A DNA stretch of 64,000 nt from Eledone cirrhosa. Its lineage: Eukaryota. Numbering within the stretch: the first letter of the stretch is position 1; the number at the start of each line of letters is the position of its first letter. Below the pieces are notes generated by a model. The model ran no database searches and was not told the DNA's origin. It saw only the letters and a program-made list of their open reading frames with translations. The position numbers and the translations under genes were made by a program. The DNA is taken from positions 208,692,001 through 208,756,000 of the forward strand of contig OZ024743.1 in the NCBI GenBank assembly GCA_964016885.1. Direction: 5' to 3'. Below are positions 43,301 to 59,800 of this stretch, piece by piece.

Positions 43301-45600
43301 CATCCTATAGCCACACATGAAAGCTTTTCATTCCATAAGATATACCACAGTTTACCATCCTATAGCCAGATAAAAGCTCTTCACTCCATAAGATATACCA
43401 CAGTTTACCATCCTATAGTCACACATGAAAGCTCTTCACTCCATAAGATATACCACAGTTTACCATCCTATAGCCACACATGGAAGCTCTTCACTCCATG
43501 AGATATACCACAGTTTACCATCCTATAGCCACACATGAAAGCTCTTCACTCCATAAGATATACCACAGTTTACCATCCTATAGCCAGATGAAAGCTCTTC
43601 ACTCCATAGGATATACCACAATTTACCATCCTATAGCCACACATGAAAGCTCTTCACTCCATAAGATATACCACAGTTTACCATCCTATAGCCACATATG
43701 AAAGGTCTTCACTCCATAAGATATACCACAGTTTACCATCCTATAGCCACACATGAAAGCTCTTCACTCCATAAGATATACCACAGTTTACCATCCTATA
43801 GCCACACATGAAAGGTCTTCACTCCATAAGATATACCACAGTTTACCATCCTATAGCCACACATGAAAGCTCTTCACTCCATAAGATATACCACAGTTTA
43901 CCATCCTATAGCCACACATGAAAGCTCTTCACTCCATAAGATATACCACAGTTTACCATCCTATAGCCACACATGAAAGCTCTTCACTCCATAAGATATA
44001 CCACAGTTTACCATCCTATAGCCAAATGAAAGCTCTTCACTCCATAAGATATACCACAGTTTACCATCCTATAGCCACACATGAAAGCTCTTCACTCCAT
44101 AAGATATACCACAATTTACCATCCTATAGCCACACATGAAAGCTCTTCACTCAATAAGATATACCACAGTTTACCATCCTATAGCCACAAATGAAAGCTC
44201 TTCACTCCATAAGATATACCATAGTTTACCATCCTATAGCCAGATGAAAGCTCTTCACTCCATAAGATATACCACAGTTTACCATCCTATAGCCACACAT
44301 GAAAGCTCTTCATTCCATAAGATATAACACAGCTTACCATCCTATAGCCACAGATGAAAGCTCTTCACTCCATAAGATATACCACAGTTTACCATCCTAT
44401 AGCCACACATGAAAGCTCTTCACTCCATAAGATATACCACAGTTTACCATCCTATAGCCACACATGGAAGCTCTTCACTCCATGAGATATACCACAGTTT
44501 ACCATCCTATAGCCACACATGAAAGCTTTTCATTCCATAAGATATACCACAGTTTAACATCCTATAGCCAGATGAAAGCTCTTCACTCCATAAGATATAC
44601 CACAGTTTACCATCCTATAGCCACAAATGAAAGCTCTTCACTCTATAAGATATACCACAGTTTACCATCCTATAGCCAGATGAAAGCTCTTCACTCCATA
44701 AGATATACCACAGTTTACCATCCTATAGCCACACATGAAAGCTTTTCATTCCATAAGATATACCACAGTTTACCATCCTATAGCCAGATAAAAGCTTTTC
44801 ACTCCATAAGATATACCACAGTTTACCATCCTATAGCCACACATGAAAGGTCTTCACTCCATAAGATATACCACAGTTTACCATCCTATAGCCACACTTG
44901 AAAGCTCTTCACTCCATAAGATATACCACAGTTTACCATCCTATAGCCACACATGAAAGCTCTTCACTCCATAAGATATACCACAGTTTACCATCCTATA
45001 GCCACACATGAAAGCTCTTCACTCCATAAGATATACCACAGTTTACCATCCTATAGCCAAATGAAAGCTCTTCAGTCCATAAGATATACCACAGTTTACC
45101 ATCCTATAGCCACACATGAAAGCTCTTCACTCCATAAGATATACCACAATTTACCATCCTATAGCCACACATGAAAGCTCTTCACTCAATAAGATATACC
45201 ACAGTTTACCATCCTATAGCCACAAATGAAAGCTCTTCACTCCATAAGATATACCAAAGTTTACCATCCTATAGCCAGATGAAAGCTCTTCACTCCATAA
45301 GATATACCACAGTTTACCATCCTATAGCCACACACGAAAGCTCTTCACTCCATAAGATATAACACAGTTTACCATCCTATAGCCACAGATGAAAGCTCTT
45401 CACTCCATAAGATATACCACAGTTTACAATCCTATAGTCACACATGAAAGCTCTTCACTCCATAAGATATACCACAGTTTACCATCCTATAGCCACAGAT
45501 GAAAGCTCTTCACTCCCTAAGATATACCACAGTTTACCATCCTATAGCCACGCATGAAAGCTCTTCACTCCATAAGATATACCACAGTTTACCATCCTAT
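40374..45600. repeat. Direct tandem duplication of about 2.67 kb (offset 2672/2673, then 2618)
   Basis: The private combination CATTCCATGAG..ACCATAG, GATATTCC, AAGCACTTCGCT, CTTCAGTCC, CACACGAAAG is in both copies. ORF pairs 40374/43046, 41245/43918, 41846/44464 and 42553/45171. Confidence 0.9.
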
Positions 45601-45663
45601 AGCCACACATGAAAGCTGTTCACTCCATAAGATATACCACAGTTTACCATCCTATAGCCACAC

Positions 45664-48600
45664 ATGAAAGCTCTTCACTCCATAAGATATACCACAGTTT
45701 ACCATCCTATAGCCAGATGAAAGCTCTTCACTCCATAAGATATACCACAGCTTACCATCCTATAGCCACACATGAAAGCTCTTCACTCCATAAGATATAC
45801 CACAGTTTACCATCCTATAGCCACACATGAAAGTTCTTCACTCCATAAGATATACCACAGTTTACCATCCTATAGCCACACATGAAAGCTCTTCACTCCA
45901 TAAGATATACCACAGTTTACCATCCTATAGCCACACATGAAAGCTCTTCACTCCATAAGATATACCACAGTTTACCATCCTATAGCCACAGATGGAAGCT
46001 CTTCACTCCATATCATATACCACAGTTTACCATCCTATAGCCACACATGAGAGCTCTTCACTCCATAAGATATACCGCAGTTTACAATTCTATAGTCACA
46101 CATGAAAGCTCTTCACCCCATAAGATATACCACAGTTTACCATCCTATAGTCAAACATGAAAGCTCTTCACCCCATAAGATATACCACAGTTTACCATCC
46201 TATTGCCACAGATGAAAGCTGTTCACTCCATAAGATATACCACAGTTTACCATCCTATAGCCACACATGAAAGCTCTTCACTCCATTAGATATACCACAG
46301 TTTACCATCCTATAGCCACACATGAAAGCTCTTCGCTCCATAAGATATACCACAGTTTACCATCCTATAGCCACAGATGAAAGCTCTTCACTCCATCAGA
46401 TATACCACAGTTTATCATCCTATAGCCAGATGAAAGCTCTTCACTCCATAAGATATACCACAGTTTACCATCCTATAGACACGCCACGGATGAAAGCTCT
46501 TCACTCCATAAGATATACCACAGTTTACCATCCTAGAGCCACAGATGAAAGCTCTTCACTCCATAAGATATACCACAGTTTACCATCATGTGGCCACACA
46601 TGAAAGCTCTTCACTCCATAAGATATACCACAGTTTACCATCCTATAGCCACAAATGAAAGCTCTTCACTCCATAAGATATACCAAAGTTTACCATCCTA
46701 TAGCCAGATGAAAGCTCTTCACTCCATAAGATATACCACAGTTTACCATCCTATAGCCACACATGAAAGCTCTTCACTCCATAAGATATAACACAGTTTA
46801 CCATCCTATAGCCACAGATGAAAGCTCTTCACTCCATAAGATATACCACAGTTTACAATCCTATAGTCACACATGAAAGCTCTTCACTCCATAAGATATA
46901 CCACAGTTTACCATCCTATAGCCACACATAAAAGCTCTTCACTCCATAAGATATACCACAGTTTACCATCCTATAGCCACACATGGAAGCTCTTCACTCC
47001 ATGAGATATACCACAGTTTACCATCCTATAGCCACACATGAAAGCTTTTCATTCCATAAGATATACCACAGTTTACCATCCTATAGCCAGATGAAAGCTC
47101 TTCACTCCATAAGATATACCACAGTTTACCATCCTATAGCCAGATAAAAGCTCTTCACTCCATAAGATATACCACAGTTTACCATCCTATAGCCACACAT
47201 GAAAGCTCTTCACTCCATAAGATATACCACAGTTTACCATCCTATAGCCAGATGAAAGCTCTTCACTCCATAAGATATACCACAGCTTACCATCCTATAG
47301 CCACACATGAAAGCTCTTCACTCCATAAGATATACCACAGTTTACCATCCTATAGCCACACATGAAAGTTCTTCACTCCATAAGATATACCACAGTTTAC
47401 CATCCTATAGCCACACATGAAAGCTCTTCACTCCATAAGATATACCACAGTTTACCATCCTATAGCCACACATGAAAGCTCTTCACTCCATAAGATATAC
47501 CACAGTTTACCATCCTATAGCCACAGATGGAAGCTCTTCACTCCATATCATATACCACAGTTTACCATCCTATAGCCACACATGAGAGCTCTTCACTCCA
47601 TAAGATATACCGCAGTTTACAATTCTATAGTCACACATGAAAGCTCTTCACCCCATAAGATATACCACAGTTTACCATCCTATAGTCAAACATGAAAGCT
47701 CTTCACCCCATAAGATATACCACAGTTTACCATCCTATTGCCACAGATGAAAGCTGTTCACTCCATAAGATATACCACAGTTTACCATCCTATAGCCACA
47801 CATGAAAGCTCTTCACTCCATTAGATATACCACAGTTTACCATCCTATAGCCACACATGAAAGCTCTTCGCTCCATAAGATATACCACAGTTTACCATCC
47901 TATAGCCACAGATGAAAGCTCTTCACTCCATCAGATATACCACAGTTTATCATCCTATAGCCAGATGAAAGCTCTTCACTCCATAAGATATACCACAGTT
48001 TACCATCCTATAGACACGCCACGGATGAAAGCTCTTCACTCCATAAGATATACCACAGTTTACCATCCTAGAGCCACAGATGAAAGCTCTTCACTCCATA
48101 AGATATACCACAGTTTACCATCATGTGGCCACACATGAAAGCTCTTCACTCCATAAGATATACCACAGTTTACCATCCTATAGCCACAAATGAAAGCTCT
48201 TCACTCCATAAGATATACCAAAGTTTACCATCCTATAGCCAGATGAAAGCTCTTCACTCCATAAGATATACCACAGTTTACCATCCTATAGCCACACATG
48301 AAAGCTCTTCACTCCATAAGATATAACACAGTTTACCATCCTATAGCCACAGATGAAAGCTCTTCACTCCATAAGATATACCACAGTTTACAATCCTATA
48401 GTCACACATGAAAGCTCTTCACTCCATAAGATATACCACAGTTTACCATCCTATAGCCACACATAAAAGCTCTTCACTCCATAAGATATACCACAGTTTA
48501 CCATCCTATAGCCACACATGGAAGCTCTTCACTCCATGAGATATACCACAGTTTACCATCCTATAGCCACACATGAAAGCTTTTCATTCCATAAGATATA

Positions 48601-49715
48601 CCACAGTTTACCATCCTATAGCCAGATGAAAGCTCTTCACTCCATAAGATATACCACAGTTTACCATCCTATAGCCAGATAAAAGCTCTTCACTCCATAA
48701 GATATACCACAGTTTACCATCCTATAGCCACACATGAAAGCTCTTCACTCCATAAGATATACCACAGTTTACCATCCTATAGCCACACATGAAAGCTCTT
48801 CACTCCATAAGATATACCACAGTTTACCATCCTATAGCCACAGATGAAAGCTCTTCACTCCATCAGATATACCACAGTTTATCATCCTATAGCCAGATGA
48901 AAGCTCTTCACTCCATAAGATATACCACAGTTTACCATCCTATAGACACGCCACGGATGAAAGCTCTTCACTCCATAAGATATACCACAGTTTACCATCC
49001 TAGAGCCACAGATGAAAGCTCTTCACTCCATAAGATATACCACAGTTTACCATCATGTGGCCACACATGAAAGCTCTTCACTCCATAAGATATACCACAG
49101 TTTACCATCCTATAGCCACAAATGAAAGCTCTTCACTCCATAAGATATACCAAAGTTTACCATCCTATAGCCAGATGAAAGCTCTTCACTCCATAAGATA
49201 TACCACAGTTTACCATCCTATAGCCACACATGAAAGCTCTTCACTCCATAAGATATAACACAGTTTACCATCCTATAGCCACAGATGAAAGCTCTTCACT
49301 CCATAAGATATACCACAGTTTACAATCCTATAGTCACACATGAAAGCTCTTCACTCCATAAGATATACCACAGTTTACCATCCTATAGCCACACATAAAA
49401 GCTCTTCACTCCATAAGATATACCACAGTTTACCATCCTATAGCCACACATGGAAGCTCTTCACTCCATGAGATATACCACAGTTTACCATCCTATAGCC
49501 ACACATGAAAGCTTTTCATTCCATAAGATATACCACAGTTTACCATCCTATAGCCAGATGAAAGCTCTTCACTCCATAAGATATACCACAGTTTACCATC
49601 CTATAGCCAGATAAAAGCTCTTCACTCCATAAGATATACCACAGTTTACCATCCTATAGCCACACATGAAAGCTCTTCACTCCATAAGATATACCACAGT
49701 TTACCATCCTATAGC
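45664..49715. repeat. Nested tandem duplications with periods 1535 bp and 932 bp
   Basis: CACAGCTT at 45751/47286. The TAGACACGCCACGG 60-mers start at 46430, 47965 and 48897. ORF triplets 46322/47857/48789 and 46588/48123/49055. Confidence 0.9.
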
Positions 49716-52700
49716 CACGCATGAAAGCTCTTCACTCCATAAGATATACCACAGTTTACCATCCTATAGCCACACATGAAAGCTCTTCACTCCATAAGAT
49801 ATACCACAGTTTACCATCCTATAGCCAGATGAAAGGTCTTCACTCCATAAGATATACCACAGTTTACCATCCTATAGCCACAGATGAAAGCTCTTCACTC
49901 CCTAAGATATACCACAGTTTACCATCCTATAGCCATGCATGAAAGCTCTTCACTCCATAAGATATACCACAGTTTACCATCCTATAGCCACACATGAAAG
50001 CTGTTCACTCCATAAGATATACCACAGTTTACCATCCTATAGCCACACATGAAAGCTCTTCACTCCATAAGATATACCACAGTTTACCATCCTATAGCCA
50101 GATGAAAGCTCTTCACTCCATAAGATATACCACAGTTTACCATCCTATAGCCACACATGAAAGCTCTTCACTCCATAAGATATACCACAGTTTACCATCC
50201 TATAGCCACACATGAAAGTTCTTCACTCCATAAGATATACCACAGTTTACCATCCTATAGCCACACATGAAAGCTCTTCACTCCATAAGATATACCACAG
50301 TTTACCATCCTATAGCCACACATGAAAGCTCTTCACTCCATAAGATATACCACAGTTTACCATCCTATAGCCACAGATGAAAGCTCTTCACTCCATATCA
50401 TATACCACAGTTTACCATCCTATAGCCACACATGAGAGCTCTTCACTCCATAAGATATACCGCAGTTTACAATCCTATAGTCAAAGATGAAAGCTCTTCA
50501 CCCCATAAGATATACCACAGTTTACCATCCTATTGCCACAGATGAAAGATGTTCACTCCATAAGATATACCACAGTTTACCATCCTATAGCCACACATGA
50601 AAGCTCTTCACTCCATTAGATATACCACAGTTTACCATCCTATAGCCACACATGAAAGCTCTTCACTCCATAAGATATACCACAGTTTACCATCCTATAG
50701 CCACAGATGAAAGCTCTTCACTCCATCAGATATACCACAGTTTATCATCCTATAGCCAGATGAAAGCTCTTCACTCCATAAGATATACCACAGTTTACCA
50801 TCCTATAGCCACGCCACGGATGAAAGCTCTTCACTCCATAAGATATACCACAGTTTACCATCCTATAGCCACAGATGAAAGCTCTTCACTCCATAAGATA
50901 TAACACAGTTTACCATCCTATAGCCACACATTAAAGCTCTTCACTCCATAAGATATAACACAGTTTACCATTCTATAGCCACACATGAAAGCTCTTCACT
51001 CCATAAGATATAACACAGTTTACCATCCTATAGCCACAGATGAAAGCTCTTCACTCCATAAGATATACCACAGTTTACAATCCTATAGTCAGACATGAAA
51101 GCTCTTCACTCCATAAGATATACCACAGTTTACCATCCTATAGCCACACATGAAAGCTCTTCACTCCATAAGATATACCACAGTTTACCATCCTATAGCC
51201 ACACATGGAAGCTCTTCACTCCATGAGATATACCACAGTTTACCATCCTATAGCCACACATGAAAGCTTTTCATTCCATAAGATATACCACAGTTTACAA
51301 TCCTATAGCCAGATGAAAGCTCTTCACTCCATAAGATATACCACAGTTTACCATCCTATAGCCACAAATGAAAGCTCTTCACTCCATAAGATATACCACA
51401 GTTTACCATCCTATAGCCAGATGAAAGCTCTTCACTCCATGAGATATACCACAGTTTACCATCCTATAGCCACACATGAAAGCTTTTCATTCCATAAGAT
51501 ATACCACAGTTTACCATCCTATAGCCAGATAAAAGCTCTTCACTCCATAAGATATACCACAGTTTACCATCCTATAGCCACACATGAAAGCTCTTCACTC
51601 CATAAGATATACCACAGTTTACCATCCTATAGCCACACATGAAAGGTCTTCACTCCATAAGATATACCACAGTTTACCATCCTATAGCCCCACATGAAAG
51701 CTCTTCACTCCATAAGATATAACACAGTTTACCATCCTATAGCCACAGATGAAAGCTCTTCACTCCATAAGATATACCACAGTTTACAATCCTATAGTCA
51801 CACATGAAAGCTCTTCACTCCATAAGATATACCACAGTTTACCATCCTATAGCCACACATGAAAGCTCTTCACTCCATAAGATATACCACAGTTTACCAT
51901 CCTATAGCCACACATGGAAGCTCTTCACTCCATGATATATACCACAGTTTACCATCCTATAGCCACACATGAAAGCTTTTCATTCCATAAGATATACCAC
52001 AGTTTACCATCCTATAGCCAGATGAAAGCTCTTCACTCCATAAGATATACCACAGTTTACCATCCTATAGCCACAAATGAAAGCTCTTCACTCCATAAGA
52101 TATACCACAGTTTACCATCCTATAGCCAGATGAAAGCTCTTCACTCCATAAGATATACCACAGTTTACCATCCTATAGCCACACATGAAAGCTCTTCACT
52201 CCATAAGATATACCACAGTTTACCATCCTATAGCCACACATGAAAGCTCTTCACTCCATAAGATATACCACAGTTTACCATCCTATAACCACACATGAAA
52301 GCTCTTCACTCCATAAGATATACCACAGTTTACCATCCTATAGCCAGATGAAAGCTCTTCACTCCATAAGATATACCACAGTTTACCATCCTATAGCCAC
52401 AGATGAAAGCTCTTCACTCCATAAGATATACCACAGTTTACCATCCTATAGCCACGCATGAAAGCTCTTCACTCCATAAGATATACCACAGTTTACCATC
52501 CTATAGCCACACATGAAAGCTGTTCACTCCATAAGATATACCACAGTTTACCATCCTATAGCCACACATGAAAGCTCTTCACTCCATAAGATATACCACA
52601 GTTTACCATCCTATAGCCACACATGGAAGCTCTTCACTCCATGAGATATACCACAGTTTACCATCCTATAGCCACACATGAAAGCTCTTCACTCCATAAG

Positions 52701-53826
52701 ATATACCACAGTTTACCATCCTATAGCCAGATGAAAGCTCTTCACTCCATAAGATATACCACAGTTTACCATCCTATAGCCACACATGAAAGCTCTTCAC
52801 TCCATAAGATATACCACAGTTTACCATCCTATAGCCACACATGAAAGCTCTTCACTCCATAAGATATACCACAGTTTACCATCCTAGAGCCACAGATGAA
52901 AGCTCTTCACTCCATATCATATACCACAGTTTACCATCCTATAGCCACACATGAGAGCTCTTCACTCCATAAGATATACCGCAGTTTACAATCCTATAGT
53001 CACACATGAAAGCTCTTCACTCCATAAGATATACCACAGTTTACCATCCTATAGCCACACATGAAAGCTCTTCACTCCATAAGATATAACACAGTTTACC
53101 ATCCTATAGCCACACATGAAAGCTCTTCACTCCATAAGATATACCACAGTTTACCATCCTATAGCCACACATGGAAGCTTTTCACTCCATGAGATATACC
53201 ACAGTTTACCATCCTATAGCCACACATGAAAGCTCTTCACTCCATAAGATATACCACAGTTTACCATCCTATAGCCAGATGAAAGCTCTTCACTCCATAA
53301 GATATACCACAGTTTACCATCCTATAGCCACAAATGAAAGCTCTTCACTCCATAAGATATACCACAGTTTACCATCCTATAGCCACACATGAAAGGTCTT
53401 CACTCCATAAGATATACCACAGTTTACCATCCTATAGCCACACATGAAAGCTCTTCACTCCATAAGATATACCACAGTTTACCATCCTATAGCCACACAT
53501 GAAAGGTCTTCACTCCATAAGATATACCACAGTTTACCATCCTATAGCCACACATGAAAGCTCTTCACTCCATAAGATATACCACAGTTTACCATCCTAT
53601 AGCCACACATGAAAGCTCTTCACTCCATAAGATATACCACAGTTTACCATCCTATAGCCACACATGAAAGCTCTTCACTCCATAAGATATACCACAGTTT
53701 ACCATCCTATAGCCAGATGAAAGCTCTTCACTCCATAAGATATACCACAGTTTACCATCCTATAGCCACACATGAAAGCTCTTCACTCCATAAGATATAC
53801 CACAATTTACCATCCTATAGCCACAC

Positions 53827-56800
53827 ATGAAAGCTCTTCACTCCATAAGATATACCAAAGTTTACCATCCTATAGCCAGATGAAAGCTCTTCACTCCATA
53901 AGATATACCACAGTTTACCATCCTATAGCCACACATGAAAGCTATTCACTCCATAAGATATAACACAGTTTACCATCCTATAGCCACAGATGAAAGCTCT
54001 TCACTCCATAAGATATACCACAGTTTACAATCCTATAGTCACACATGAAAGCTCTTCACTCCATAAGATATACCACAGTTTACCATCCTATAGCCACACA
54101 TGAAAGCTCTTCACTCCATAAGATATACCACAGTTTACCATCCTATAGCCACACATGGAAGCTCTTCACTCCATGAGATATGCCACAGTTTACCATCCTA
54201 TAGCCACACATGAAAGCTTTTCATTCCATAAGATATACCACACTCTACCATCCTATAGCCAGATGAAAGCTCTTCACTCCATAAGATATACCACAGTTTA
54301 CCATCCTATAGCCACAGATGAAAGCTCTTCACTCCATAAGATATACCACAGTTTACCATCCTATAGCCAGATGAAAGCTCTTCACTCCATAAGATATACC
54401 ACAGTTTACCATCCTATAGCCACACATGAAAGCTTTTCATTCCATAAGATATACCACAGTTTACCATCCTATAGCCAGATAAAAGCTCTTCACTCCATAA
54501 GATATACCACAGTTTACCATCCTATAGCCACACATGAAAGCTCTTCACTCCATATCATATACCACAGTTTACCATCCTATAGCCACACATGAGAGCTCTT
54601 CACTCCATAAGATATACCGCAGTTTACAATCCTATAGTCACACATGAAAGCTCTTCACTCCATAAGATATACCACAGTTTACCATCCTATAGCCACAGAT
54701 GAAAGCTCTTCACTCCATAACATATACCACAGTTTACCATCCTATAGCCAGATGAAAGCTCTTCACTCCATAAGATATACCACAGTTTACCATCCTATAG
54801 CCACACATGAAAGCTCTTCACTCCATAAGATATACCACAGTTTACCATCCTATAGCCACACATGAAAGTTCTTCACTCCATAAGATATACCACAGTTTAC
54901 CATCCTATAGCCACACATGAAAGCTCTTCACTCCATAAGATATACCACAGTTTACCATCCTATAGCCACACATGAAAGCTCTTCACTCCATAAGATATAC
55001 CACAGTTGACCATCCTATAGCCACAGATGAAAGCTCTTCACTCCATATCATATACCACAGTTTACCATCCTATAGCCACACATGAGAGCTCTTCACTCCA
55101 TAAGATATACCGCAGTTTACAATCCTATAGTCACACATGAAAGCTCTTCACCCCATAAGATATACCACAGTTTACCATCCTATAGTCAAACATGAAAGCT
55201 CTTCACCCCATAAGATATACCACAGTTTACCATCCTATTGCCACAGATGAAAGCTGTTCACTCCATAAGATATACCACAGTTTACCATCCTATAGCCACA
55301 CATGAAAGCTCTTCACTCCATTAGATATACCACAGTTTACCATCCTATAGCCACACATGAAAGCTCTTCACTCCATAAGATATACCACAGTTTACCATCC
55401 TATAGCCACATATGAAAGCTCTTCACTCCATCAGATATACCACAGTTTATCATCCTATAGCCAGATGAAAGCTCTTCACTACATAAGATATACCACAGTT
55501 TACCATCCTATAGCCACGCCACGGATGAAAGCTCTTCACTCCATAAGATATACCACAGTTTACCATCCTATAGCCACAGATGAAAGCTCTTCACTCCATA
55601 AGATATAACACAGTTTACCATCCTATAGCCACACATTAAAGCTCTTCACTCCATAAGATATAACACAGTTTACCATCCTATAGCCACACATGAAAGCTCT
55701 TCACTCCATAAGATATAACACAGTTTACCATCCTATAGCCACAGATGAAAGCTCTTCACTCCATAAGATATACCACAGTTTACAATCCTATAGTCACACA
55801 TGAAAGCTCTTCACTCCATAAGATATACCAAAGTTTACCATCCTATAGCCAGATGAAAGCTCTTCACTCCATAAGATATACCACAGTTTACCATCCTATA
55901 GCCACACATGAAAGCTATTCACTCCATAAGATATAACACAGTTTACCATCCTATAGCCACAGATGAAAGCTCTTCACTCCAGAAGATATACCACAGTTTA
56001 CAATCCTATAGTCACACATGAAAGCTCTTCACTCCATAAGATATACCACAGTTTACCATCCTATAGCCACACATGAAAGCTCTTCACTCCATAAGATATA
56101 CCACAGTTTACCATCCTATAGCCACACATGGAAGCTCTTCACTCCATGAGATATGCCACAGTTTACCATCCTATAGCCACACATGAAAGCTTTTCATTCC
56201 ATAAGATATACCACACTTTACCATCCTATAGCCAGATGAAAGCTCTTCACTCCATAAGATATACCACAGTTTACCATCCTATAGCCACAGATGAAAGCTC
56301 TTCACTCCATAAGATATACCACAGTTTACCATCCTATAGCCAGATGAAAGCTCTTCACTCCATAAGATATACCACAGTTTACCATCCTATAGCCACACAT
56401 GAAAGCTTTTCATTCCATAAGATATACCACAGTTTACCATCCTATAGCCAGATAAAAGCTCTTCACTCCATAAGATATACCACAGTTTACCATCCTATAG
56501 CCACACATGAAAGCTCTTCACTCCATATCATATACCACAGTTTACCATCCTATAGCCACACATGAGAGCTCTTCACTCCATAAGATATACCGCAGTTTAC
56601 AATCCTATAGTCACACATGAAAGCTCTTCACTCCATAAGATATACCACAGTTTACCATCCTATAGCCACACATGAAAGCTCTTCACTCCATAACATATAC
56701 CACAGTTTACCATCCTATAGCCAGATGAAAGCTCTTCACTCCATAAGATATACCACAGTTTACCATCCTATAGCCACACATGAAAGCTCTTCACTCCATA

Positions 56801-59800
56801 AGATATACCACAGTTTACCATCCTATAGCCACACATGAAAGTTCTTCACTCCATAAGATATACCACAGTTTACCATCGTATAGCCACACATGAAAGCTCT
56901 TCACTCCATAAGATATACCACAGTTTACCATCCTATAGCCACACATGAAAGCTCTTCACTCCATAAGATATACCACAGTTTACCATCCTATAGCCACAGA
57001 TGAAAGCTCTTCACTCCATATCATATACCACAGTTTACCATCCTATAGCCACACATGAGAGCTCTTCACTCCATAAGATATACCGCAGTTTACAATCCTA
57101 TAGTCACACATGAAAGCTCTTCACCCCATAAGATATACCACAGTTTACCATCCTATAGTCAAACATGAAAGCTCTTCACCCCATAAGATATACCACAGTT
57201 TACCATCCTATTGCCACAGATGAAAGCTGTTCACTCCATAAGATATACCACAGTTTACCATCCTATAGCCACACATGAAAGCTCTTCACTCCATTAGATA
57301 TACCACAGTTTACCATCCTATAGCCACACATGAAAGCTCTTCACTCCATAAGATATACCACAGTTTACCATCCTATAGCCACAGATGAAAGCTCTTCACT
57401 CCATCAGATATACCACAGTTTATCATCCTATAACCAGATGAAAGCTCTTCACTCCATAAGATATACCACAGTTTACCATCCTATAGCCACGCCACGGATG
57501 AAAGCTCTTCACTCCATAAGATATACCACAGTTTACCATCCTCTAGCCACAGATGAAATCTCTTCATTCCATAAGATATAACACAGTTTACCATCCTATA
57601 GCCACACATTAAAGCTCTTCACTCCATAAGATATAACACAGTTTACCATCCTATAGCCACACATGAAAGCTCTTCACTCCATAAGATATAACACAGTTTA
57701 CCATCCTATAGCCACAGATGAAAGCTCTTCACTCCATAAGATATACCACAGTTTACCATCCTATAGCCACACATGAAAGCTCTTCACTCCATAAGATATA
57801 CCACAGTTTACCATCCTATAGCCACACATGGAAGCTCTTCACTCCATGAGATATACCACAGTTTACCATCCTATAGCCACACATGAAAGCTTTTCATTCC
57901 ATAAGATATACCACAGTTTACCATCCTATAGCCAGATGAAAGCTCTTCACTCCATAAGATATACCACAGTTTACCATCCTATAGCCACAAATGAAAGCTC
58001 TTCACTCCATAAGATATACCACAGTTTACCATCCTATAGCCAGATGAAAGCTCTTCACTCCATGAGATATACCACAGTTTACCATCCTATAGCCACACAT
58101 GAAAGCTTTTCATTCCATAAGATATACCACAGTTTACCATCCTATAGCCAGATAAAAGCTCTTCACTCCATAAGATATAACACAGTTTACCATCCTATAG
58201 CCACACATGAAAGCTCTTCACTCCATAAGATATACCACAGTTTACCATCCTATAGCCACACATGGAAGCTCTTCACTCCATGAGATATACCACAGTTTAC
58301 CATCCTATAGCCACACATGAAAGCTCTTCACTCCATAAGATATACCACAGTTTACCATCCTATAGCCACACATGAAAGGTCTTCACTCCATAAGATATAC
58401 CACAGTTTACCATCCTATAGCCACACATGAAAGCTCTTCACTCCATAAGATATAACACAGTTTACCATCCTATAGCCACAGATGAAAGCTCTTCACTCCA
58501 TAAGATATACCACAGTTTACAATCCTATAGTCACACATGAAAGCTCTTCACTCCATAAGATATACCACAGTTTACCATCCTATAGCCACACATGAAAGCT
58601 CTTCACTCCATAAGATATACCACAGTTTACCATCCTATAGCCACACATGGAAGCTCTTCACTCCATGAGATATACCACAGTTTACCATCCTATAGCCACA
58701 CATGAAAGCTTTTCATTCCATAAGATATACCACAGTTTACCATCCTATAGCCAGATGAAAGCTCTTCACTCCATAAGATATACCACAGTTTACCATCCTA
58801 TAGCCACAGATGAAAGCTCTTCACTCCATAAGATATACCACAGTTTACCATCCTATAGCCACAGATGAAAGCTCTTCACTCCATAAGATATAACACAGTT
58901 TACCATCCTATAGCCACACATTAAAGCTCTTCACTCCATAAGATATAACACAGTTTACCATCCTATAGCCACACATGAAAGCTCTTCACTCCATAAGATA
59001 TAACACAGTTTACCATCCTATAGCCACAGATGAAAGCTCTTCACTCCATAAGATATACCACAGTTTACAATCCTATAGTCACACATGAAAGCTCTTCACT
59101 CCATAAGATATACCAAAGTTTACCATCCTATAGCCAGATGAAAGCTCTTCACTCCATAAGATATACCACAGTTTACCATCCTATAGCCACACATGAAAGC
59201 TATTCACTCCATAAGATATAACACAGTTTACCATCCTATAGCCACAGATGAAAGCTCTTCACTCCAGAAGATATACCACAGTTTACAATCCTATAGTCAC
59301 ACATGAAAGCTCTTCACTCCATAAGATATACCACAGTTTACCATCCAATAGCCACACATGAAAGCTCTTCACTCCATAAGATATACCACAGTTTACCATC
59401 CTATAGCCACACATGGAAGCTCTTCACTCCATGAGATATGCCACAGTTTACCATCCTATAGCCACACATGAAAGCTTTTCATTCCATAAGATATACCACA
59501 CTTTACCATCCTATAGCCAGATGAAAGCTCTTCACTCCATAAGATATACCACAGTTTACCATCCTATAGCCACAGATGAAAGCTCTTCACTCCATAAGAT
59601 ATACCACAGTTTACCATCCTATAGCCAGATGAAAGCTCTTCACTCCATAAGATATACCACAGTTTACCATCCTATAGCCACACATGAAAGCTTTTCATTC
59701 CATAAGATATACCACAGTTTACCATCCTATAGCCAGATAAAAGCTCTTCACTCCATAAGATATACCACAGTTTACCATCCTATAGCCACACATGAAAGCT

